NCBI GenBank assembly: GCA_043736395.1
Contig: JAYTCQ010000354.1
Span: 3,723 to 67,722, forward strand
Length of the DNA: 64,000 nucleotides
Direction: 5' to 3'
Source of the DNA: Blastocatellia bacterium
Lineage (GTDB): Bacteria; Acidobacteriota; Blastocatellia; RBC074
Position 1 is the stretch's first letter. Every line of letters starts with the position of its first letter. A program made the position numbers and the translations under genes. Shown here piece by piece: positions 29,970-37,747 of the stretch. Under the pieces are notes generated by a model. The model did not search any database and had not been told where the DNA came from. It saw only the letters and a list, made by a program, of their open reading frames with translations.

Positions 29970-31913
29970 TTATCGCCCCGCCGTTCGAACCATTTCGTAT
30001 TGATAAAGTGCTTTTCCCAATTCGCCAAGTTTTGACAAGCCGCGCAATTCACCCTGACGCGGAATGACGGCTTGCGGAATTCTTGGGAATGACACTTGAA
30101 ACTTCGTCTTAACAATCGCCTCGCGTGCGGCTAATGCATGGCACAAAGTGCAATCCTGTTGCGGTGTGGTCAGGTTAATAAAAATTCCTCCCACCGTGAT
30201 TTTCATTTGCTCGCACGATGCCAGCAAATCTCGTGTTTCGGCGTACGCCACTTCGGTTGGAATGCTCACGACAGAAATTCGCGCCTTGGTTCCATCAGCT
30301 AACAAAGTGCGTAATTTCTTAAGGTTTTTCGACATTTCTACTAATAACTGTGAGAGTCGCGGCAGGCGCAGCATGTTGCGATACTTCAGGAAAACACCAA
30401 AAAAAGCCTTCAACCATTGATCTATCAAAGTGGGCATTTCCAGCAAACGGATTAAATGTCCGGTAGGAGCCGTGTCGAGAACTACCACATCGTATTTCCC
30501 TGATTGATGCAGCTCAATCACGCGCAACAACGCCATCACTTCATCCAGTCCCGGCGGAGCCAGATCAATCATTCGTTCCATGACTTCGCGGTCAAAAGTG
30601 AAGTCGAGGTTTTGCATCGCAGCACTCAGGAATTTTTTCAGATCGTGGGCGTATTCTTTTTGCAAAACTTCAAATTCTGCATTCGCGTTAATTTCGAGAA
30701 CGCTCAAATTTGGGGTCACTGCTACGATTTCTGCGCCGATAGGTAGCGCAAAACAATCTGCCAATGAATGCGCCGGATCCGTCGAACATAGCAAAACTTT
30801 TTTGCCTTCTGTTTGTGCAAGTCTCATGGCTGTTGCACACGCCAGTGTAGTCTTTCCGACTCCGCCTTTCCCCGCAAAAAATAACAGGTTGGCTTTCGGC
30901 ACAGGTACGTTGCTGAAGGTGGGAAAATCATTAACCGAAGCCTTCACGCTCACCACCTCCGGCATCAATGTTAGCGGTTCCACGTCATCCCAAAAATGTT
31001 CGAGTGAATTCACTCCTCGCATTTCTTCCGGCTGCAATTCTGAGCGCCAGAAATTATATTCTTCATAACTTTGCAGCATTGCGCGAATTTCAGAATTTTG
31101 ACGCGCGTACGCTTCACGACAAGTCGCACAATCATTGTGTGGAAATAACTGATTGACGACGATCTCACTTACCGGGATTTGCAGGCGTTGTAAGGCCGTG
31201 AGTAAATCTTTTGTCTCATTGATGCTCAAAGCTTCTGCCAGCATTACTGGTACGAAGCGACACAGCTGTACATCACACAATAAGGCTTCCAGATTTTTGA
31301 CAGAGGAAGTGATCGTCAACAAAAATTGATCTAGTTCATCGCCGTAATAATTGCCACTGAACAATTTTTTCATGTAGCGATTTTTGGCTAACAGCGCATC
31401 CAGCATTCCTAACCAGCGATGCAATAATTCAGGCATTCCAAGCAATCGCAGCGTGTGCCCAGTTGGCGCAGTGTCTACAATCACGCAATCATAATTTTCA
31501 GCCGAAACCCATTCTGAGATTTCCAGAAATGCCATCAATTCATCTAAGCCAGGCAACGAAAGTTCCAGAAATTGATTGATGTCTGAATCGTCCAGAAACG
31601 TTCCGCGCTTGGCAATTTCGCGCAAATGTTCGGCGTGAAGTGCTTTGAATTTTGTCAGACATTCCTGTGCGTTGAGTTCAATGATCGTCAAATTTGACGG
31701 GATCATGCTCGCCTGTTCTCCCAATCCATCCATCAAAGAATGCGCTGGATCGGATGAAGCAATCAGGTATTTTTTTTCAGGAAAAGTTTTTGCGAGATAC
31801 AGCGCAGTCGCCAAAGCAGACGTAGTTTTCCCAACTCCACCTTTGCCACCAAAAAGCAGTAGGTGTAAATTTTGATCGTTGAGAAATGCAGGGCGCATTG
31901 GCTGATTAATCAT
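29970..31913 (-). CDS. Tandem two-domain ArsA/Get3-family P-loop ATPase embedded in the gvp cluster.
   Basis: Two halves, each with 'GGKGGVGKTT' deviant Walker A (LLLFGGKGGVGKTTSA; LLFFAGKGGVGKTTLA) and 'DTAPTGH' switch motifs. Each half carries a CxxC pair (DCATC; DCTLC) in the position of metal/client-binding Cys in Get3/ArsA. Confidence 0.8.
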   Translation of the reverse strand: MINQPMRPAFLNDQNLHLLLFGGKGGVGKTTSALATALYLAKTFPEKKYLIASSDPAHSLMDGLGEQASMIPSNLTIIELNAQECLTKFKALHAEHLREIAKRGTFLDDSDINQFLELSLPGLDELMAFLEISEWVSAENYDCVIVDTAPTGHTLRLLGMPELLHRWLGMLDALLAKNRYMKKLFSGNYYGDELDQFLLTITSSVKNLEALLCDVQLCRFVPVMLAEALSINETKDLLTALQRLQIPVSEIVVNQLFPHNDCATCREAYARQNSEIRAMLQSYEEYNFWRSELQPEEMRGVNSLEHFWDDVEPLTLMPEVVSVKASVNDFPTFSNVPVPKANLLFFAGKGGVGKTTLACATAMRLAQTEGKKVLLCSTDPAHSLADCFALPIGAEIVAVTPNLSVLEINANAEFEVLQKEYAHDLKKFLSAAMQNLDFTFDREVMERMIDLAPPGLDEVMALLRVIELHQSGKYDVVVLDTAPTGHLIRLLEMPTLIDQWLKAFFGVFLKYRNMLRLPRLSQLLVEMSKNLKKLRTLLADGTKARISVVSIPTEVAYAETRDLLASCEQMKITVGGIFINLTTPQQDCTLCHALAAREAIVKTKFQVSFPRIPQAVIPRQGELRGLSKLGELGKALYQYEMVRTAGR

Positions 31914-31931
31914 ATTTTGCGCTCATCAAAA

Positions 31932-32333
31932 TCATTCTTCATCACTGTCATCTTCATCTTCTTCATTTTCTTCGTCGTCATCGTCTTCTACCTCTTCATC
32001 CTCTTCATCACTGTCGTCTTCGTCTTCATCGTCGTCCTCATCGTCATCGTCACCATCATCTTCGTCTTCGTCATCGTCGTCCTCTTCATCGCCCTCATCA
32101 TTCGCCGCAGACTCTTCCAATGCGCTCAATCGCTCTAACAATACTGCTTCCTGTTCATCAAATTCGTCTTCGGTGATTTGTCCTGTTTCGAGCATCATGT
32201 ACAGCTCGCTCAGCGCAGTAGTAATTTGCTCAGAGGCGTTGGTTATTTCCTGCTCTGCCGCATTGCGGATTTCTCCCAGCAGCCAAAAAAAGCCGTGCAT
32301 GGGAGCCAGAAAAATGTCATCAACTAAAAACAC
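31932..32333 (-). CDS. gvpG: Gas vesicle protein G with a ~55-residue poly-Asp/Glu C-terminal tail.
   Basis: 'FLAPMHGFFWLLGEI...ITEDEFDEQEAVLLERL' fits the GvpG pattern (LL.P..G..W.GE ... I.EEEF..E..LL). Predicted GTG start (alternative in-frame ATG 11 codons later). Tail 'DEGDEEDDDDEDEDDGDDDDEDDDEDEDDSDEEDEEVEDDDDEENEEDEDDSDEE'. Confidence 0.65.
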   Translation of the reverse strand: MFLVDDIFLAPMHGFFWLLGEIRNAAEQEITNASEQITTALSELYMMLETGQITEDEFDEQEAVLLERLSALEESAANDEGDEEDDDDEDEDDGDDDDEDDDEDEDDSDEEDEEVEDDDDEENEEDEDDSDEE

Positions 32334-32362
32334 AAAAAACTTCTCGACGATTTCACAAACAA

Positions 32363-33127
32363 CTAAAATTCCAGGGCGACTTCGACAAAGTTATACGGCG
32401 CCCACGGCCCGTTAAAATCAAAGGCAAAGTTGTCATCAAACAATTCCGCTGCCGCATAAACCTGTTGCTCAAAGTTTGCTAACGAAGACCGATCCACCAG
32501 GCAAACCAGATTCATCACTTCGCGTTCCGTCCGGCAACGATTCACTTTGATTTCCGCGCAGGAATTCGTGAGTGCGTCCTCGACCTTCTCCGTGAACTCT
32601 TCCCTATCACTCGCATGCAATTGCTCAAAGAGGCGTCCAACAGCCAATTTGTCATCCTGACGCGGTTCACCTTCGCCACTGAATAAACGATCCCGCGCAG
32701 CCAGTAATTCAGGATGTAAATTGACGAAATATTCAAAAATATTCGGCACGTCCCACGTGACGCGAACGCCCATTTCTACTTTGTCTGCCACGCGTTCTAA
32801 TTGCGAAGCGAGTGCCTCGGAATTTTTTGTGAGTACTTCTTCGACGGCTTCCTGTGAATTCGCAGCGACGCCGAAAGCCATTGGTAAAACGGACAAATTT
32901 TCAGCTAATAATTTTTTCAGGACTTCCTGATGTGCGGCGAGATTTTTTCGCTGCGGCAGGATTTTTTCGCCGGAAGAATCACTCACCACAGCGGCGAATT
33001 TGCCGTTGGAAATTGTGTAGACGTGCTGACCGTTTAGACCACAATTTCCTAATTCCAGGTGGTCTTGGGCGGCGATGACGGCGTAAAGATATTTAGAACT
33101 GCGAGCGGCGGCGGCTTTGACTGACAT
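32363..33127 (-). CDS. Gas vesicle protein GvpF/L family (paralog 1).
   Basis: 'KYLYAVIAA' N-terminus and C-terminal 'NGPWAPYNFV' hallmark of GvpF/L; start at internal ATG with GGAG. Confidence 0.8.
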   Translation of the reverse strand: MSVKAAAARSSKYLYAVIAAQDHLELGNCGLNGQHVYTISNGKFAAVVSDSSGEKILPQRKNLAAHQEVLKKLLAENLSVLPMAFGVAANSQEAVEEVLTKNSEALASQLERVADKVEMGVRVTWDVPNIFEYFVNLHPELLAARDRLFSGEGEPRQDDKLAVGRLFEQLHASDREEFTEKVEDALTNSCAEIKVNRCRTEREVMNLVCLVDRSSLANFEQQVYAAAELFDDNFAFDFNGPWAPYNFVEVALEF

Positions 33128-33291
33128 GGTTTTGGGTCTCCTGTAAAACCTGCCACACAAACGGTCAGAACAAAGCGAAAACAAGGAAGGAAAACTGAAT
33201 GAATCAAAAGTTGCTCTGTTACTGAATCGCGGTGGCTCGGCGAATTTGGGTTACTGCTACTAACAACAATTTCTGTTGTTACGATCAAAAA

Positions 33292-33504
33292 TTATTTTGC
33301 TTCGGTGGCATTTCGGACTTGAGCATTCCATCGCTCAATCAACCACCAACGCCTTATTTCACGGTGCTGTAAATCAATTTCAGCATTACTATTTTCCTGC
33401 TCAGCCAGATGATCCTGCGGGACACCCGTACTCGTAGGAACCGCGCGAAACGATTTGCGATGACGATTGGTTTTGATGTGCGATGCGGTTTTTAATTTCA
33501 GCAT
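33292..33504 (-). CDS. Hypothetical small Arg/Trp-rich protein inside the gvp cluster.
   Basis: ATG start; translationally coupled to the upstream small gene (stop 33507). No known motifs. Confidence 0.3.
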   Translation of the reverse strand: MLKLKTASHIKTNRHRKSFRAVPTSTGVPQDHLAEQENSNAEIDLQHREIRRWWLIERWNAQVRNATEAK

Positions 33505-33506
33505 GA

Positions 33507-33830
33507 TTAGTATTTCAGCTTGAATGAATTATTTGCAGTGGCACTCACGCTTTTGGCGATTTGCTTGCTTCCTTCGACTGGAAGATCGTAATCGGCTGCC
33601 GCCAATTGTTTGAGGATGACAGCTTTTTCCGCATCAATTTCGCGGAAGCGTGTCCGCAATTCCTGCAATCGTTCCATCGCGCTGTCTTTTTCTTTGTTGC
33701 GACGGACTTTCTCCATTTCAAGTGCCGTCAATTTCATAAATGCTTTGTATGGACTAAAGCTACTTTCGTTACGATTGGAATGTGTACGAATGCTTTGTAA
33801 CCCGCGTAGCGTACTTTGACGTGATTTCAT
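33507..33830 (-). CDS. Hypothetical small coiled-coil protein inside the gvp cluster.
   Basis: Strong AGGAGG RBS; heptad-like 'MERLQELRTRFREIDAEKAVILKQL'. Confidence 0.45.
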   Translation of the reverse strand: MKSRQSTLRGLQSIRTHSNRNESSFSPYKAFMKLTALEMEKVRRNKEKDSAMERLQELRTRFREIDAEKAVILKQLAAADYDLPVEGSKQIAKSVSATANNSFKLKY

Positions 33831-33843
33831 TTCAGCTTTCCTC

Positions 33844-34800
33844 CTAACGACAAAATTTATGAATTAAAACATCAACTGTTTTGGGAGTAATGGTTTTCGA
33901 AGCTTTCTCGCCTTTGCCACCATCACGGCTTAGCACATCACGACAAACCCAACGGAACAATTCGTCATTGATCCGCGCATGCGAATCACGTGCAGCAATC
34001 ACGCGTGCAATCGCAATCGCAGCGCGAATTGTTGGATACGTTTGATCGTTACCGAGTGCTCGCAGTTCGTCTATGATGTTAATGATGCTGGTGGCGTCTT
34101 CGAGTTCAATGCCTGACTTCGCCATCGTGACAGCGATTTCTGTTTCGCGGTCATAATGTCCCAAATCAATGGTAATCATTCGATCTAACAACGCATCCTG
34201 CGTTTTATGGACACCGGCGTATTCTTCAGGATTTGAGGTGAAAATTGCGTGAAATTCTGGATGAACATTCATGTAGCCTTCGCCTGAGCGACGCAGCTTC
34301 GGCAAGTTCAAAATGCGCTCCGACAATACGCTGAGCAAAGCATTATTGGCTTCGGCTGGCGAGCGATTAAATTCATCGTAAATTAAAGTGTTACCATCTC
34401 GACAGGCCATCGTCAGGCGGCTGTCTACCCAATAACTTTTGACTTCATCCTGCGTTTTCACGACAGAATGAATAAAATTATCCACTAACGTAGAGCGACG
34501 ATAACCGGAGTCACGACCAATTAAATCAGCCGAACCGAATTCATCATCACCGTGAATCAGTGTGACCGGACGCGCTAATTGCGCGGCAACATGAAAAGCA
34601 AGCGTCGTCTTACCTGTTCCCGCCGGTCCGGCAAAATGTACCGGAAATCCAGCTTGCAAATAAGCGAGTGCTCGCTCAACGACGTGCGCAATTTGTGGTG
34701 TACTCACAAAACCTGAACTCGGTTCAAGTTGAAGATTTTCGTTCTCAGACTTCGTCCTTATCAAATCAGGAGAAGTTGCTGTAGAGGCGGATGCAGACAT
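33844..34800 (-). CDS. gvpN: Gas vesicle protein N (AAA+ ATPase of CbbQ/NirQ/GvpN family).
   Basis: Walker A 'GPAGTGKTT'; 'TLIYDEFNRS' Walker B region; length and order typical of GvpN. Confidence 0.85.
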   Translation of the reverse strand: MSASASTATSPDLIRTKSENENLQLEPSSGFVSTPQIAHVVERALAYLQAGFPVHFAGPAGTGKTTLAFHVAAQLARPVTLIHGDDEFGSADLIGRDSGYRRSTLVDNFIHSVVKTQDEVKSYWVDSRLTMACRDGNTLIYDEFNRSPAEANNALLSVLSERILNLPKLRRSGEGYMNVHPEFHAIFTSNPEEYAGVHKTQDALLDRMITIDLGHYDRETEIAVTMAKSGIELEDATSIINIIDELRALGNDQTYPTIRAAIAIARVIAARDSHARINDELFRWVCRDVLSRDGGKGEKASKTITPKTVDVLIHKFCR

Positions 34801-34855
34801 GCGTGGTTCTCTTGGTTGTTCTTTTCAGGCAAATATCCTGCAAAAAAATTTAGGC

Positions 34856-35605
34856 TTAGCCGGCTTTTGCGGCAGCCAATTCATGTTCAAATTCGCGGCG
34901 AAGCTTTGCGATAGTTTCGCCCTGAACATCTTCGATATGCTTGGAGACGACTTCAGCGGCCATTCTGCTGGCTTGTTCAGCGGCAGCGCGGCTAGCTTCT
35001 TCCAACCGCTTTCCAGCTTCGTTGGTTACGCGTTCGACGGCTTGCTCAACTTTGCGCGCTTTTTCAGCTCTGAGCACGGCATCAGCTTTCGCTTCTTCTA
35101 CAGCTTTCGAAGCTAACGTTGCTCTGGTTTCCGAAAGGGATTTTCCTTTAGTACGTGGCGCAGCGGCGGCAGCTTTGGCAACTGGCGCAGTTACAGCAAC
35201 TGGTCTGCTTGTGGCAGGCAAGGCAGGCTGATTCCACATCGCGCGCGCACCTGCCAGATCTTCCTGATTTTCTTCGCGGATGGCAGAAACTTCACTCTTC
35301 AATTCAGAGACAAATTCTTGCCGATCTTCTTTCGTAGTGACCGCCATTTCTGCGTGAGCAACTCGAAAGTCTTCCTGCATCGTCGCGACCTCACCAACGA
35401 GATTGGTGACGAATTCGACCCGCTCCGATTTTGATTTTTCAGCCATCTCGGCATGGTCAACACGAAAGCCTTCTTGCATCGTGACGACTTCTGCTTTTAA
35501 TTCCTGATTTTCAGCCGACAGTCTTTCGATTAACTCTCCGCGTTCGACACGCAAGTCGGCCATTTCTTCAACCAGCCGTTTCATATCATCGGTCAAGCGT
35601 CCCAT
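34856..35605 (-). CDS. GvpC-like gas-vesicle outer-layer protein candidate (33-residue tandem repeats plus Ala/Lys-rich coiled-coil tail).
   Basis: Two adjacent 33-aa repeats 'EVVTMQEGFRVDHAEMAEKSKSERVEFVTNLVG' / 'EVATMQEDFRVAHAEMAVTTKEDRQEFVSELKS'. Sits immediately downstream of gvpA, as gvpC does in cyanobacteria. Confidence 0.5.
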   Translation of the reverse strand: MGRLTDDMKRLVEEMADLRVERGELIERLSAENQELKAEVVTMQEGFRVDHAEMAEKSKSERVEFVTNLVGEVATMQEDFRVAHAEMAVTTKEDRQEFVSELKSEVSAIREENQEDLAGARAMWNQPALPATSRPVAVTAPVAKAAAAAPRTKGKSLSETRATLASKAVEEAKADAVLRAEKARKVEQAVERVTNEAGKRLEEASRAAAEQASRMAAEVVSKHIEDVQGETIAKLRREFEHELAAAKAG

Positions 35606-35659
35606 TCGATTTGCTCCTTAACTTGCACTGATTCAGGCAAAATCTTTGCTGCGTAAATT

Positions 35660-35702
35660 AGTTAAAAAAATTCCATTGACGGGAAGGAGCAAAGCTCCCT
35701 CG
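35660..35702 (-). terminator. Possible partial terminator/attenuator between gvpA and the gvpC-like gene.
   Basis: On the minus strand: GAGGGAGC-uuug-GCUCCuUC hairpin followed about 10 nt later by UUUUUUU; non-canonical spacing. Confidence 0.3.
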
Positions 35703-35733
35703 CCGACAAAGGAAATAAAAACGTTCAGTCGTT

Positions 35734-35952
35734 TTAAGCCGGTGCTGCTGCGCTGGAAGTTAATCCAATAGCTTCGGCGTACTTTAAATAAGTTTCGACC
35801 GAGGCAATCACGACACGTGCTTCAACTGACAGTAATTCAATACCGACGAGCGAGACCTTAACCCAAGCATCAATGACGATACCTTTATCAAGAATACGAT
35901 CTACGACTTCTGCCAGACTCGATGAATCCGTTGACTTCGCTATTTTAGCCAT
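35734..35952 (-). CDS. gvpA: Gas vesicle structural protein A.
   Basis: '[64 protein letters not shown]', near-canonical GvpA. Start at internal ATG with AAGGAG RBS; the ORF-track N-extension is rejected. Confidence 0.9.
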   Translation of the reverse strand: MAKIAKSTDSSSLAEVVDRILDKGIVIDAWVKVSLVGIELLSVEARVVIASVETYLKYAEAIGLTSSAAAPA

Positions 35953-36145
35953 ATTTTCTCCTTTATGATTTTCATACTCCGGGTGGGAAAAGCTGAACAC
36001 ATCAGAAGGATGAGAAAGTCATCCCAACCACAGCTTGCTAAATCCTACTTGCAGATTTAGTGCCACAATCGGAAGGACTACAAAATATTTTTTCTGGGAG
36101 TTTTTTTGATAGCGTTGATAGACAAATAACTATTACTTCTATGTG

Positions 36146-36862
36146 CTATTTGAGTTTAGGCAGAAGCATCGCAGCAGGTAAATTTTCTGTCATCACAAAG
36201 TTGTAAGGAGGCCACGGCCCACTCGCTGAAAGCTTAACAGATTGCGGCACTATCAGGTGTCGCAACTTGTCATTCCAGGCTTCAATTTCCGTGCGTCGAA
36301 GCAAAAAATATTGCGAACATAACCAGCCATCTTCGAACCTTTTTACTTCTGTTTTTTGACGTTTGAATAACCCATCCAAAGGCGCACAGACCTCTGTCAT
36401 CATTGCCTGAAATTCGGTTGAAGGATCTTCGTAATGCCGCCGCCGTGCCGCCAGATATGCTCGACCTGAAGACACGGGTTCCGGTTCACTGACAACAATA
36501 TTCCCAATTGCTTGCGGTACAGAAATCAAAAATCGAAGCCCCATTTCAACACAATCTTCCAGTTCATCAAGGAGCGTTTCATACTGCGCCTGATGCTTCG
36601 TCAGGAAATTCATGAGTTGCGCTTCGTTATCAAACAGACAGCCGTACCGCATCGGAATCACTGTGTGTTCACGATGAAAATCTGCCACGACTTTTTCAAA
36701 TGATAATAATTGCTCAATGCTTGGAGTCGCAGAATTTTCACAGGCAGAAATAATCGCCGTCAGATTATTATTCGAGATAAAAAATACTTCTGTAGACACA
36801 GAATTCACGGAATGGATTTTCTTTTCAGAGTTGCGCAACACAGCGTAGAGCAGCAGTTTCAT
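36146..36862 (-). CDS. Gas vesicle protein GvpF/L family (paralog 2).
   Basis: 'MKLLLYAVLR' ... C-terminal 'SGPWPPYNFV'; ATGA overlap with the upstream paralog. Confidence 0.8.
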   Translation of the reverse strand: MKLLLYAVLRNSEKKIHSVNSVSTEVFFISNNNLTAIISACENSATPSIEQLLSFEKVVADFHREHTVIPMRYGCLFDNEAQLMNFLTKHQAQYETLLDELEDCVEMGLRFLISVPQAIGNIVVSEPEPVSSGRAYLAARRRHYEDPSTEFQAMMTEVCAPLDGLFKRQKTEVKRFEDGWLCSQYFLLRRTEIEAWNDKLRHLIVPQSVKLSASGPWPPYNFVMTENLPAAMLLPKLK

Positions 36863-37671
36863 GCACTTTGCTCCTTGGCTAAATTTGGAGAAAAACTATA
36901 CGGCGGCCACGCTCCGGACATCGTAAAAACAAAGCCTTTTTCTGCGTATTTCGAATTGATGCTATCAACGCGCAGTCGAAAATCTTCGCGAGATTCTTGT
37001 GGAATTAAAAATGCCCAATTCAAAATTGCTTCAAGTTCGTCGTCAGAATTCGTAACTTTTCGTGCTCGAAAATCAACGGCGGATTGACTCAGCTCCTGCG
37101 CAATTTGTACGCAGATTTCTTGTATCCATTGATTTAATTCCTGCTCTACCGCCGCCTTGATTTTTTGCTCTTGAAAATAGCGCAGCCCCGGAGAAATTGC
37201 GCCGAGCTGTTCGTCCTGTTCAGCTAATTTTTGATCCAACAATCGCTGTCTGGCTGCGACACGATTGATGCTTCCCTTGACTGAAAATTCCTGCTTGTTA
37301 TTGATGTGATGCAGGAATCCAAAAATTGTTCCGTGTTGTGTTTGAAGAAAATCTGTGACGCCGGAAGCCGTAGAAAATAACGTACCAAATCGCGCTGGTA
37401 AAACGGGAGCTTGACGCAGTTGCTCTTCGATGACTGCTTCGTGTTGCAAGGCTCGCGGAGCAATCCAGTTCAAATCTTTCATCAATTCTTCCGCTTCCGC
37501 ACCAATGAAATCAGTCAGTGGAACTTCGCTAACAATTGCGGTCAACGAATTGTATTGAAGAGCGAATAAAGGGCTGCCATCATCAAAGCCCACGCCTTGA
37601 ACTTCCGGCAGCTCTTTCGTCAGAGAAATACAAAAAAGATAAATTGCTTTGGAGGGTTGGTTGTTCGTCAT
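36859..37671 (-). CDS. Gas vesicle protein GvpF/L family (paralog 3).
   Basis: 'KAIYLFCISL' ... C-terminal 'SGAWPPYSFS'. Confidence 0.8.
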   Translation of the reverse strand: MTNNQPSKAIYLFCISLTKELPEVQGVGFDDGSPLFALQYNSLTAIVSEVPLTDFIGAEAEELMKDLNWIAPRALQHEAVIEEQLRQAPVLPARFGTLFSTASGVTDFLQTQHGTIFGFLHHINNKQEFSVKGSINRVAARQRLLDQKLAEQDEQLGAISPGLRYFQEQKIKAAVEQELNQWIQEICVQIAQELSQSAVDFRARKVTNSDDELEAILNWAFLIPQESREDFRLRVDSINSKYAEKGFVFTMSGAWPPYSFSPNLAKEQSA

Positions 37672-37747
37672 AAAATTCAGTTACAAAATGCAGCGGGTAC
37701 TGCACAAGTAACGAGAGTAATTTCTTCCGCGAAGATGGATGAATTTG

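Noticed and set aside
31872-32138. 88-aa plus-strand ORF made almost entirely of F/I/V/L ('FIFFIFFVVIVFYLF...').
   Set aside because: It is the antisense reading of the GA-rich simple repeat that encodes the acidic tail of GvpG on the minus strand, so it is a frame artefact.
35953-36000. N-terminal extension of GvpA given by the ORF track ([16 protein letters not shown]-).
   Set aside because: Canonical GvpA begins MAKIAKS.... The internal ATG at 35952 has an AAGGAG RBS, and the extension has no homolog support.
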